A DNA stretch of 58,511 bases from the sequence record DRR723986_9330; one strand, 5' to 3'. A program made the translations under genes and the position numbers. Positions 1 through 9,788 of the stretch are shown piece after piece; position 1 is the stretch's first letter, and each line of letters begins with the position of its first letter. The notes beneath the pieces were generated by a model. The model worked only from the letters and a program-made list of their open reading frames with translations, searched no databases and was not told the DNA's origin.

Positions 1-54
1 TAGCTCGTCGGGCTCATAACCCGAAGGTCATAGGTTCGAGTCCTGTCCCCGCTA
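1..54 (+). tRNA. tRNA-Met(CAT), initiator type, 5' end outside the window
   Basis: Anticodon arm TCGGG-CTCATAA-CCCGA with CAT at 15-17 and the three G-C pairs typical of fMet tRNA. T-arm GGTTCGAGTCC, acceptor 3' strand CCCCGCTA. CCA not fully encoded. Confidence 0.95.
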
Positions 55-55
55 C

Positions 56-91
56 AAAAAAAACCTCAAGTCAGTGACTTGAGGTTTTTTT
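56..91. terminator. Intrinsic (probably bidirectional) terminator after tRNA
   Basis: A8-CCTCAAGTCA-G-TGACTTGAGG-T7 perfect inverted repeat flanked by A and T tracts. Confidence 0.85.
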
Positions 92-200
92 GTTTTGAAA
101 AAATCGTGTCAAGCTCGCTTGAGTAAGATTTTGAGAAACAAAAAAAACTGAGTGCAACGAAGGGTTTTCTTAGGGCCAATGGCAATCAGATAACTATCCA

Positions 201-671
201 TTAAAGCCCTGTCATATCAGATTTTTGCCAAGCATTCCCAGGTGCAAACCACCAAATAGAATTATCACTCAATAAGGCCACATAACGTGTTCCATCATCT
301 TTTGAATAGGCTTCAAATCCTTTCACTTTATAACCAGAAGGTAATCCGTCAACAGAAGATTCTTTCCATGGATTCCCTGGTGCAAACCACCAAATACTGT
401 TGTCTTCTAAAACAACAACATATCGAGTAGAGCCGTCAGTATACGAATATGCATCTATAAATTTCACCTGATAACCTGATGGTAATCCTTCATTCGAAGA
501 TGCTTTCCACCCATTGCCAGGAGCAAACCAATGAATACTATTGTCTGATTTTACAGCAACATACCTGGTTGCCATATCGTCCCCTTTTAAATAAGCGGCG
601 ATTAATTTAATTTCTTGTCCAAAACTGAATCCGCCAATAAGTAGGCAGAGGATGAGCATTAATTTTTTCAT
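201..671 (-). CDS. Secreted protein made of three ~47-aa beta-propeller-blade-like repeats
   Basis: Signal peptide MKKLMLILCLLIGGFSFG; three copies of TRYVxxxxDNSI(W/H)WFAPGNxW...GL. Confidence 0.8.
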   Translation of the reverse strand: MKKLMLILCLLIGGFSFGQEIKLIAAYLKGDDMATRYVAVKSDNSIHWFAPGNGWKASSNEGLPSGYQVKFIDAYSYTDGSTRYVVVLEDNSIWWFAPGNPWKESSVDGLPSGYKVKGFEAYSKDDGTRYVALLSDNSIWWFAPGNAWQKSDMTGL

Positions 672-721
672 TTAAAAAGATCTTTTTTAAATATAAGAAT
701 GTTCCGCTAAGAATCAAGGAC

Positions 722-1204
722 TTAATATTCAGTTTTATCCAACTTTGTTGACCAGTCTTGAAAGACCTGAAGCGCCTCATTTCTCATCATGGGGATAAAC
801 TTAATGCTGCGATTTTCTATCCCATTGCCTATTTCATCATAAATGAATTGATCGTCAAAGTCAATATCAGCGGCGTCTTGCTGATTACAAGCGTAATAAA
901 CTTTACTTGGTCGCGCCCAATAAATGGCACCTAAACACATAGGGCAAGGTTCGCAAGAGGTGTAAATTTCACAATCATCTAATTGAAAGGTTCCTAATTT
1001 TTCACATGCTTTTCTGATGGCCACAACCTCAGCATGAGCAGTGGGGTCGTTTGTTGAAGTCACTTCATTATGCCCTGCAGCGACAATTTCGCCATTCTTT
1101 ACAACCACAGCTCCAAATGGGCCTCCTGCATTAGAATTCATACCCTTGCTTGCCATGTCAATAGCGGCTTGCATAAACTGTTTGTCATTATTCGTTGTGC
1201 TCAT
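722..1204 (-). CDS. Nucleoside deaminase, guanine deaminase-like (cytidine deaminase fold)
   Basis: GGPFGAVVV, DPTAHAE and SCEPCPMC zinc motifs, AIYWAR. Confidence 0.9.
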   Translation of the reverse strand: MSTTNNDKQFMQAAIDMASKGMNSNAGGPFGAVVVKNGEIVAAGHNEVTSTNDPTAHAEVVAIRKACEKLGTFQLDDCEIYTSCEPCPMCLGAIYWARPSKVYYACNQQDAADIDFDDQFIYDEIGNGIENRSIKFIPMMRNEALQVFQDWSTKLDKTEY

Positions 1205-1305
1205 CTTTAATTATTTAAAATCGAAGTTAAGGATTCTGCTTTTTATTAAACGCTTCAAATAGAAATCATTCGATAAGATTTGAAGGTATCACAGTCTAAT
1301 TTTAC

Positions 1306-1313
1306 TAGCTTTG
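1306..1313 (+). promoter_or_regulatory. Bacteroidota primary-sigma -7 element for era
   Basis: TAGCTTTG matches TAnnTTTG; TTTG at 1279-1282 is a possible -33 element; ATG follows after 7 nt. Confidence 0.6.
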
Positions 1314-1320
1314 CAAAATA

Positions 1321-2196
1321 ATGGCACACAAGTCGGGATTTGTAAATATTATCGGTAGTCCAAATGTTGGAAAATCAACCTTGATGAATCAAATGATGGG
1401 AGAGAAATTTTCTATCATTACTTCTAAGGCGCAAACAACTAGGCACAGGATTTTAGGAATCGTAAATGATGATGATTATCAAATCGTTTTTTCAGATACT
1501 CCAGGAGTTTTAGATCCACACTATGCTTTGCATAAAAACATGATGAGTTTTGTGAATGCTGCCATGAAAGACGGGGATGTAATTTTATTCGTGACAGATA
1601 TTTACGAGACTAAAATGAATCACCAAGCCACTTTCGAACGACTGAAAAAGACTTCAATTCCAGTTATCTTATTGGTAAATAAAATTGATCAGGCTGATCA
1701 GGCTAGAATGGAAGAACGCATTGAATATTGGGCGAAGGAAATGCCAAATGCTGAGATTTTACCCATTTCTGCTTTAGAAGGCTTTAATTTAGAGCCAATC
1801 AAGAAAAGAATTCTTGAACTCATTCCTGAGAGTCCGCCTTACTATGGTAAAGACGAGATCTCGGATAGACCAATGCGATTTTTTGTGAGTGAAATGATTC
1901 GTGAGAAGATTTTTATGCATTACAAAAAAGAAATTCCATATGCATGTCAGGTAGAAGTAGAGGAATATATTGAGGATGACAAGATCATTAAGATCAGAGC
2001 AATCATTTATGTGGAGCGAAATACTCAAAAGGGAATTGTAATCGGTCATCAAGGGAATAAATTGAAACATGTTGGAATAGATGCCCGCAAGGATATTCAA
2101 AAATTCGTTGAAAAACATGTCCATTTAGAACTCTTCGTAAAGGTTGATAAAGACTGGCGAGGGGATGATAAAAAATTACAAAAACACGGATATTAA
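1321..2196 (+). CDS. era: GTPase Era
   Basis: HKSGFVNIIGSPNVGKST, QTTR, DTPG, NKID, C-terminal KH domain with VIGHQG. Confidence 0.97.
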   Translation: MAHKSGFVNIIGSPNVGKSTLMNQMMGEKFSIITSKAQTTRHRILGIVNDDDYQIVFSDTPGVLDPHYALHKNMMSFVNAAMKDGDVILFVTDIYETKMNHQATFERLKKTSIPVILLVNKIDQADQARMEERIEYWAKEMPNAEILPISALEGFNLEPIKKRILELIPESPPYYGKDEISDRPMRFFVSEMIREKIFMHYKKEIPYACQVEVEEYIEDDKIIKIRAIIYVERNTQKGIVIGHQGNKLKHVGIDARKDIQKFVEKHVHLELFVKVDKDWRGDDKKLQKHGY

Positions 2197-2239
2197 ATCT
2201 AATTTGATAAGGTCATTTTAGGATTTAAAAAACAATAAT

Positions 2240-3547
2240 ATGTCAAACATAGTTGCAATAGTAGGGAGACCGAATGTAGGTAAATCAACCTTGTTCAATA
2301 GGCTTACAAAGTCAAGGTCGGCAATTGTAGAGGAGCAAAGTGGTGTAACACGAGATAGAATTTATGGACTTTCTGAATGGAATGGTGTTGAATTCTCAGT
2401 GATCGATACAGGTGGATATGTTCAAGGATCTGAAGATATCTTTGAAGAAGAAATTCGCAAGCAAGTTGAAATTGCAATTGAAGAAGCCAATGTTATTTTG
2501 TTCGTGGTAGATGTGATGGTAGGGGTGACGGATTTGGATGAAGAAGTTGCGAAACTGTTGAGACGTACCAAAAAACCCATTTACATTTGCGCTAATAAGG
2601 TGGACAATACGAATCGTCAATTAGATTCAGCTGAATTTTATCAATTTGGTTTAGGAGAATTATTCAATATTTCTGCGGTTAACGGATCTGGAACTGGTGA
2701 GTTGTTAGATGTGATGATCAAAGAATTCACTCCAGAAGGTGCACCAGAAGATGATTCTGCAGTTCCAAAAATTGCCGTTGTTGGTAAACCCAATGTGGGT
2801 AAATCATCTTTCATCAATGCCATTACTGGCGAAGAAAGAAATATCGTTACGCCAATATCTGGTACTACGAGAGATTCAATAGATACGCGTTATCAGTTAT
2901 TTGGATTTGACTTCAAATTGATTGATACAGCTGGAATTCGTAAAAAAGCTAAAGTTCACGAAGACTTGGAGTTTTACTCTGTTATCCGTTCGATAAGATC
3001 AATTGAAAATTCAGATGTCTGTATTTTTATGGTGGATGCTGAAGAAGGCATTCAGAAGCAAGACCTGCACATTTATTATGTAATTGAGAAGAATAAAAAA
3101 GGAGTAGTGGTATTGATCAATAAATGGGATTTGATTGAGAAAGACACTATGAAAGCCAAAGAGTATGAAGATAAAATTAGAGCTCAATTAGCGCCGTTTA
3201 ATGATGTGCCCATCATTTTTACTTCTACTCTTACAAAGCAACGTTTGCATAAGGGCTTAGAAAAAGCCATGGAAGTGTATGAAAACAGAGTTCAAAAGAT
3301 TCCGACTTCTAAGTTGAATGATTTTGTGCAAGACGTGATCGAAAGAAATCCGCCACCGGCATATAAAGGCAAGTACATCAAAATTAAGTTCGTTACCATG
3401 TTGCCAACGCACTCGCCGTCATTTGCTTTTTTCTGTAATTTACCGCAATACATCAGAGATCCTTATAAACGATTTTTAGAGAATAAAATCAGAGAAGAAT
3501 TCAATTTTGAAGGCGTTCCAATTAGAATATTTTTCAGAAAGAAGTAA
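2240..3547 (+). CDS. der: Ribosome biogenesis GTPase Der (EngA)
   Basis: Two G domains ([26 protein letters not shown]), C-terminal FEGVPIRI. Confidence 0.97.
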   Translation: MSNIVAIVGRPNVGKSTLFNRLTKSRSAIVEEQSGVTRDRIYGLSEWNGVEFSVIDTGGYVQGSEDIFEEEIRKQVEIAIEEANVILFVVDVMVGVTDLDEEVAKLLRRTKKPIYICANKVDNTNRQLDSAEFYQFGLGELFNISAVNGSGTGELLDVMIKEFTPEGAPEDDSAVPKIAVVGKPNVGKSSFINAITGEERNIVTPISGTTRDSIDTRYQLFGFDFKLIDTAGIRKKAKVHEDLEFYSVIRSIRSIENSDVCIFMVDAEEGIQKQDLHIYYVIEKNKKGVVVLINKWDLIEKDTMKAKEYEDKIRAQLAPFNDVPIIFTSTLTKQRLHKGLEKAMEVYENRVQKIPTSKLNDFVQDVIERNPPPAYKGKYIKIKFVTMLPTHSPSFAFFCNLPQYIRDPYKRFLENKIREEFNFEGVPIRIFFRKK

Positions 3548-3556
3548 CTTAGAGTT

Positions 3557-4564
3557 GTGACATTCGAAGAGGTTCAAAAACAGTTTAAAGAAAGAAATTT
3601 CAAATCCATTTATTTATTTCATGGAACAGAACCTTATTACATTGATGCCTTAGTTCATCAAGCAACAAATACCATTCTAGAAGAGTCTGAGCGAGATTTT
3701 AACCAAACCGTTTTGTATGCCAAAGACACGCCTCCTATAAATGTAATTGATGCCGCTACACGTTTACCCATGATGAGCGAATACAATGTGGTGGTATTAA
3801 AAGAGGCTCAAGAATATAAAAAAGCTGCTCAGTGGGAAAAGTTTGAACAGTATTTTGACTCTCCTTCTAGCTCAACCATTCTCATCATTGCGCATAAGTA
3901 TAAAAAGTTCGACAAACGATCGAGGATCTACAAGATTCTTGCTAAAAAAGCAGTGATTTTTGAATCAGAAGGCGTTAAAGATTACAAGTTGCCTGCCTGG
4001 ATTAACAGTTACGTTCGCAAAAAAGGCTATAACATGACCGATAAGTCAGTTGCCTTACTTGCTGAGTTCGTGGGGAACGATTTAGAGCGTATTGTAAATG
4101 AATTAGAAAAACTATTTATTGTTGTTGAACAAGGTCAGCAAATCAATGAAAAACACATTGAAAAACATATAGGAATTTCAAAAGATTATAATGTGTTTGA
4201 ATTGGTGAATGCCGTACTTGAAAAAGACATTGTACGCGCCAATCGCATTGTTAAATATTTTGGTGAGAACCCAAAAGCAACGCATATCACAGTTGTGCTC
4301 GGCTCCTTGTACGGCTTGTACCAACGACTATTTAAAACGCATTTTGCCAAAACGAATGATCCGGGTGCATTGGCCAGAATCCTAAAAATTCATCCCTATC
4401 CGGCGAAAGAGTTGTTGTTGCATAAAAGAAAACATCCTGCAAAGGTCATTTCAAGAAATTTCTCCATTTTAAGAGAGTACGATATGCTTGCAAAGGGTGT
4501 CGGTACAGGTGGAACGCCAGAAGCTGAACTGATGAGAGAGCTTATCTATAAGTTGCTGCATTAA
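3557..4564 (+). CDS. holA: DNA polymerase III subunit delta
   Basis: YLFHGTEPYYID, RDFNQTVLY, LPMMSEYNVV, NELEKL, ISKDYNVFEL; GTG start. Confidence 0.92.
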   Translation: MTFEEVQKQFKERNFKSIYLFHGTEPYYIDALVHQATNTILEESERDFNQTVLYAKDTPPINVIDAATRLPMMSEYNVVVLKEAQEYKKAAQWEKFEQYFDSPSSSTILIIAHKYKKFDKRSRIYKILAKKAVIFESEGVKDYKLPAWINSYVRKKGYNMTDKSVALLAEFVGNDLERIVNELEKLFIVVEQGQQINEKHIEKHIGISKDYNVFELVNAVLEKDIVRANRIVKYFGENPKATHITVVLGSLYGLYQRLFKTHFAKTNDPGALARILKIHPYPAKELLLHKRKHPAKVISRNFSILREYDMLAKGVGTGGTPEAELMRELIYKLLH

Positions 4565-4566
4565 TC

Positions 4567-4962
4567 ATGAGCTGGACAATACTAATAGCCAATGTTCTCG
4601 TTTTTATTGCATTTATTGCTCACACAATCTGGGGTGATAAAGATTTGAGATTGCTCGAGCCAAGTGACGAAAATGAGAATCGTTCAAAGCTTCAAGAAAA
4701 ATGGATGCAAACTAGAGCCGGATGGCATTGGGTGTCTTTTGATTTGCTTTTTGTTTCAGTAGCCCTATTTCTTGTAAATTTTACAGATTGGGTGGCTCAT
4801 GAAAAATTTTTAATTCAACTTATCATGCTGTATCTTTTTGGTTGGGGTTTAGCATGGTTAATAGCTTTGATAATTTCTAAAAACTTACCAAATCGCTTGT
4901 TTAAGCTGGGGCAATGGATTTTAGTTTGGATTATTGGATTCATTCTGTATTTATCACTTTAA
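4567..4962 (+). CDS. Small hypothetical integral membrane protein (about 4 TM helices)
   Basis: Four hydrophobic segments; starts 2 nt after the holA stop. Confidence 0.7.
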   Translation: MSWTILIANVLVFIAFIAHTIWGDKDLRLLEPSDENENRSKLQEKWMQTRAGWHWVSFDLLFVSVALFLVNFTDWVAHEKFLIQLIMLYLFGWGLAWLIALIISKNLPNRLFKLGQWILVWIIGFILYLSL

Positions 4963-5061
4963 AGATCGACACCTCAGTTCTAATTGTTTACCGCTTATTT
5001 ATGAAAACGCACATTTAAATAAGCAGTGCAGCTAATGCTACGGTTATCGCTCTATTTATTC

Positions 5062-5069
5062 TATCTTTG
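5062..5069 (+). promoter_or_regulatory. -7 promoter element for the TonB-dependent receptor
   Basis: TATCTTTG ends 18 nt before ATG 5088. Confidence 0.6.
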
Positions 5070-5087
5070 GGACAAATTTTGACAAAT

Positions 5088-7418
5088 ATGCTTCGTAATT
5101 TTTCACTTGTTGTACTGCTAACCATCATGACATCAGTTGTTTTTGCTCAAAACGGAACTGTTAGAGGGTCTGTTAAAAGTAATGAAGATGGTAACGGCGT
5201 TCCGTTCGCTAAAGTACTGATCATGGGAACTGATAAATTCGCCAATACAGATGTTGACGGTTTGTTTTCCATACCAGGAGTGCCGCCAGGTGAGTATACC
5301 ATTAGAATCACGGCTTCACAGTTTACCGAGTATTCTGAAAAAATTGTTGTGAAGGCTGGTGGAATTACTGAAGTCAACACTGAATTAGAAAAAGGGAAAA
5401 CCTTAGGTCCTGTCGTGATTGATTTTAAGGATAAAGACAAAAAAATTGATCCGGGAACATCTGTTCACAAAATTGATAAAAAAGACATTTTAAGAGTACC
5501 TGTTACAGGTGGTGTCTCTGACATTGCTGGATATTTCCAAACCGTTCCTGGTGTAGTATCTACCGGAGACCAAGGAGGACAAGTTTACGTAAGAGGTGGT
5601 ACACCTATCCAAAATAAAATTTTGTTAGATGGGATGACCATTTACAATCCCTTTCACTCAATTGGGTTTTTCTCAGTATTTGAAACAGATTTGATTAAAT
5701 CTGCCGATATCTATACCGGTGGATTCAATGCCAAGTTTGGTGGTAGAATATCTTCTGTAATGGACATCACTTACAGAGATGGTAACACGAAACGATTTTC
5801 AGGAGCTGTTGGAATCTCTCCTTTTACTTCTAACTTATTGCTAGAAGGACCGATTTCTAAAAAGGACAATATCTCATTTGTATTGTCAGGTAAAGCTTCA
5901 TTGTTAGAGCAAACATCTAAAACATTGTATCCTTACATCAATCAAGATGAGAATGGCGTGACACAAGGATTACCATTTAATTTTTGGGATTTATACGGTA
6001 AGGTGAGTGTTGCCGGAGTTGGAGCCAATAAGTTTTCTGTTTTTGGATTTTCATTCAATGATCAAGTACAGTATCAAGCCGTTTCTGATTTAAACTGGCA
6101 AAGTTTTGGTGGTGGTGCAAACTTTATCATGGTGCCATCTAGTTCAGAGTTATTCATGAAAGGTAGATTGAACTTTTCAAAGTATGACATTGCTTTGCAA
6201 GAAGAAGGTTTAGAAGATCGTACTTCAGGTATTTTTGGTGGTGAGCTGGCATTTGATTTTACGTATTACTTGCCTAATAAAACGAAGTTAGATTATGGAT
6301 TTGGATTCAACTACTTCAGAACTGAGTTCAACACCTTTAATGAGGCAAATAAACCAATCTCGTTAGATAACAATACCATTGAAGCAGGGGCTTATATTAG
6401 CTATCGAGCAGTAAGTAAAAACAAGAAATTAATTTTAGAACCAAGTTTCAGAGTGCAAGCCTATTCGTCAGTTGGTCAAGTGACAGCTGAACCTAGATTG
6501 AGCGCGAAGTATAACATCAATGAGGTGTTCAGGTTTAAAATGGCTGGAGGGTATTACACACAAAACTTTACTTCAACAACTTCAGATCAAGACGTTGTGA
6601 ACTTATTTTACGGATTCATCACGGCTCCAGATAACTTACCTTCTAAATTCACAAAGAATGATGGAACAGAAATTGACATTGTGAATGGTTTGCAGAAGGC
6701 ATGGCATGGTGTAGGTGGATTTGAGGTTGATTTATCAAAAACATTGAAATTAAACATTGAAGGATATTACAAGTATTTCAATCAGATGACGAACGTTAAT
6801 AGAAATAAGATTTTTGATGATGTTGCAGAAAACAATCAGGTTGCAGATGAGTTCAAAAAGGATTTCATTGTTGAGAACGGAATTGCTTGGGGTGGTGACA
6901 TTGTATTGACTTATACTACTAAGAAATTGTATTTATGGGGAGCTTATTCACTAGGTAAAGTAACAAGATGGGATGGTTTTGTAGAGTACGCGCCAGTATT
7001 TGACAGAAGACATAACATCAACTTTATTGCGACTTATACATTTGGTAAGAACGATAGCTGGGAAGCAACTGGACGTTGGAACTTAGGAACAGGATTACCA
7101 TTCAAACAAACTACAGGAGTATTTGAAGCGCCAGACATTAATGCTGTTGATGGCGATTACGTAACAGGAAATGGTGAAGATTTAACCTTCGTTTATGAAG
7201 ATATCAATACAGGACGTTTGCCTACTTATCACCGTTTAGATATCAATGTGAAGAAGACAGTTTCTTTCGAGAAAAAAGAATTCATGAAATTAGAATTGAT
7301 TGCTGGTGTTACCAATGTGTACAGTAGAAATAACATCTTCTATGTGAACAGAGTAACGAACGAAAAGGTATTTCAATTACCAGTGATGCCATCTTTGGCC
7401 GTGAACTTCAAATTCTAA
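5088..7418 (+). CDS. TonB-dependent receptor with N-terminal carboxypeptidase-regulatory-like domain
   Basis: Signal peptide, GTVRGSV..TDVDGLFSI, plug VYVRGG..LLDG, GGFNAKFGGRISSV, RLPTYHRLD, terminal Phe. Start moved to ATG 5088 because the TTG at 5067 lies inside the -7 element. Confidence 0.9.
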   Translation: MLRNFSLVVLLTIMTSVVFAQNGTVRGSVKSNEDGNGVPFAKVLIMGTDKFANTDVDGLFSIPGVPPGEYTIRITASQFTEYSEKIVVKAGGITEVNTELEKGKTLGPVVIDFKDKDKKIDPGTSVHKIDKKDILRVPVTGGVSDIAGYFQTVPGVVSTGDQGGQVYVRGGTPIQNKILLDGMTIYNPFHSIGFFSVFETDLIKSADIYTGGFNAKFGGRISSVMDITYRDGNTKRFSGAVGISPFTSNLLLEGPISKKDNISFVLSGKASLLEQTSKTLYPYINQDENGVTQGLPFNFWDLYGKVSVAGVGANKFSVFGFSFNDQVQYQAVSDLNWQSFGGGANFIMVPSSSELFMKGRLNFSKYDIALQEEGLEDRTSGIFGGELAFDFTYYLPNKTKLDYGFGFNYFRTEFNTFNEANKPISLDNNTIEAGAYISYRAVSKNKKLILEPSFRVQAYSSVGQVTAEPRLSAKYNINEVFRFKMAGGYYTQNFTSTTSDQDVVNLFYGFITAPDNLPSKFTKNDGTEIDIVNGLQKAWHGVGGFEVDLSKTLKLNIEGYYKYFNQMTNVNRNKIFDDVAENNQVADEFKKDFIVENGIAWGGDIVLTYTTKKLYLWGAYSLGKVTRWDGFVEYAPVFDRRHNINFIATYTFGKNDSWEATGRWNLGTGLPFKQTTGVFEAPDINAVDGDYVTGNGEDLTFVYEDINTGRLPTYHRLDINVKKTVSFEKKEFMKLELIAGVTNVYSRNNIFYVNRVTNEKVFQLPVMPSLAVNFKF

Positions 7419-7555
7419 GTTTACCATAAACTTTATCCTTAAGTTGTTATAGTTTAGTAGGTTAGAAATTTATTTTCTAATTCAAGTGGGATTATTATCT
7501 AATAATGCTTCAAGCTTTGTATATTTGTTACACTATTTAAAACCATTCTAAATAA

Positions 7556-8230
7556 GTGATTTCAGTAATTCTGGCAGATAGCAATGAATTGATCCGAATA
7601 GGACTTCGAACAGTTTTTAAGGACACTGAATTCCAAATTATTGGTGAGGCCAATAATGCAGACGAATTGCTCAGTCAAATCAAATCGTTTCAGCCCAATG
7701 TGGTTTTGATTGATTACACATCAGAAGGTTTTAACATAGATGTTGTTCCCGCGGCGAAAGCCATTTCAGAAGACGTTAAATTTGTTGGGATTACGCCGCT
7801 ACAAACAGCACAAACTCTAGTGCATGCCATTAAAAGTGGAGTTACTTCTTATATCAAAAAAGATTGCAGTTTAGAAGAGATTAAGAATGCGGTAATTGAA
7901 TCATCTAGAAACAACAATTTCTTTTGCGGAACCATTTTAGAAACCATCCGATCAGAGGGCATCAATGTAGATGCAATAGATGAGGTAGATTTTACCTGTG
8001 ATCCGGTGATGTTATCTGAGCGTGAGCAAGAAATCATTACCATGATTGCTGAAGGGATGACCAATGCAACCATCTCAGAAAAGCTCTTTTTAAGCAAACA
8101 TACCGTCAACACACACCGCAAAAATATCATGGCCAAACTAGGTGTCAAAAACACAGCCGGTATTGTGATGTATGCAGTGAAAGAAAAGTATACTTCACCG
8201 AATAAGTATTTGTTTTCGGCTGAGAGTTAA
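7556..8230 (+). CDS. NarL/LuxR-family response regulator (no adjacent kinase)
   Basis: Receiver domain (VILAD, VVLID, YIKK) plus LuxR HTH LSEREQEII..G.TN..ISEKLFLSKHTVNTHRKNIMAKLG. Confidence 0.92.
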   Translation: MISVILADSNELIRIGLRTVFKDTEFQIIGEANNADELLSQIKSFQPNVVLIDYTSEGFNIDVVPAAKAISEDVKFVGITPLQTAQTLVHAIKSGVTSYIKKDCSLEEIKNAVIESSRNNNFFCGTILETIRSEGINVDAIDEVDFTCDPVMLSEREQEIITMIAEGMTNATISEKLFLSKHTVNTHRKNIMAKLGVKNTAGIVMYAVKEKYTSPNKYLFSAES

Positions 8231-8338
8231 ATTCAAAACAGTTTTGTTGGCGCCGCAGCACATTTATCGACCGGAATGCAATGAAGGTTGGGCTGCTGCA
8301 GAGCTAGAGAATCAATTTTTATAAACTGAGTAATTTTT

Positions 8339-9676
8339 TCATTTGGTAAACTCATGAATTATAGTGGTTTTTTTCACCATATCATCACAAATTAACAATT
8401 GAGAATTTTCATAATTGATTATAGTGATAACTGATTGCTCTGGTTGTTTTAAAGCTAATTCAAAAGCATTCAATTTATGACCATCATGATATTCTCCAAA
8501 TGACTCTTCGAATCTAGAGAAAGGATATGAAAAGATTTTTTGACCTGACCTCTTATGTTCTGCCAATAATGCATTTACCGAATACTTATCTACTTTCGAA
8601 ATATTCAACTCGTTGTCAAATGAAACATTGTAATATCGATAACCATCTGAAACGACTACTACAATTGAATTGTTAATTGGGTCAGAAATAGCATCAACGT
8701 ATCTTAAAGAAAGTCCTTTCTTTTTTTTAGGATCAACCAATTTCCAAAACTCGCTAACTATATCAGTTACTTTCCCTTGACAGCTTATTTTTAAGTCAGA
8801 AAGGGGATTTATTATACTGAAGCCGCGATTGTTTTCCATTTTCCATTCATGTGCTGTTATCGTATATTTCTCAGCATCATACTTAATAGGAAGATTAAAC
8901 ATTTTATTGCTCAATTTGTGATCATAAGGGCTGGTTGAGTTTTTATCATAAACAATGTTAGCATCATTTGGATCTATCGCGATAGTTTTGACAGTGATCT
9001 CCTGCCCTTCTATTTTTTTATCTGTTTCTTCTCCTTTTTTACCTAAATAATAGCGTGTTTGAAAACAATAACCTTCGTCTTCCAATCCTTTGTACACCCA
9101 ATAATAATTATACTTTGAATCTATCGGAGTTCCGGGTAAATAAACGTTTTTCCCCAGTTTATTTAAGTTTTTATCAAAAAATAAAACCTCTGAACTTAAT
9201 TTGGCTTTAGAGACTGGCGAGTTTACTCCATGAGTTGTTGTTACTGCAATCATTAACACTTCCTCATCTAAGTGAATGCCCATAACGCCCTTTAAAAGAG
9301 CGAATTCCGTAAAGTCAATTTCTTTTATCTCACCATTTAAAGAGGCTTTAACAAGCATTGGGTTGCTGACCGTAAGCCCATACCGTAAAAAATAAACAGC
9401 ATCTTTATCACTTACAATCGCCAAATCAGGTCCATTCATATGCGCACCTTCAATATCACTCAATTGCTTTTCCCAAACTTGCTTAAAATCTGAATCATAT
9501 AAGGTAACTTTATTTATTTCAATTCGAAGCAAATAGTCATCACCAATAGGCTCGTATCTGATCCCTGGACGAATGGATTGTTTTTCTTCAATCGTATTAT
9601 TTAAAGAATAAGTCTCTTGAGAAATGCTCGAATTTATAGCTAATAAAGAAATAAAGAGTATGGTTATTTTTTTCAT
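8339..9676 (-). CDS. Secreted hypothetical protein
   Basis: 445-aa ORF with signal peptide; beta-rich, no recognised motif. Confidence 0.7.
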   Translation of the reverse strand: MKKITILFISLLAINSSISQETYSLNNTIEEKQSIRPGIRYEPIGDDYLLRIEINKVTLYDSDFKQVWEKQLSDIEGAHMNGPDLAIVSDKDAVYFLRYGLTVSNPMLVKASLNGEIKEIDFTEFALLKGVMGIHLDEEVLMIAVTTTHGVNSPVSKAKLSSEVLFFDKNLNKLGKNVYLPGTPIDSKYNYYWVYKGLEDEGYCFQTRYYLGKKGEETDKKIEGQEITVKTIAIDPNDANIVYDKNSTSPYDHKLSNKMFNLPIKYDAEKYTITAHEWKMENNRGFSIINPLSDLKISCQGKVTDIVSEFWKLVDPKKKKGLSLRYVDAISDPINNSIVVVVSDGYRYYNVSFDNELNISKVDKYSVNALLAEHKRSGQKIFSYPFSRFEESFGEYHDGHKLNAFELALKQPEQSVITIINYENSQLLICDDMVKKTTIIHEFTK

Positions 9677-9788
9677 TTGGGTTAGATTGTTCTGATGGGA
9701 TAGTAAAAGTAGGTATTATTATTTTATGTGGCCATAACCGCCTATTTATCTAATTGAATGAAATGAAGATTGAACTGCTCCGACCAAC

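Noticed and set aside
1-1260. Integrative element or prophage at the tRNA-Met 3' end
   Set aside because: No integrase or phage genes, and I saw no second copy of the tRNA 3' end in the window.
5067-5087. TTG start for the TonB-dependent receptor
   Set aside because: The TTG lies inside the TATCTTTG promoter element; ATG 5088 gives a normal signal peptide.
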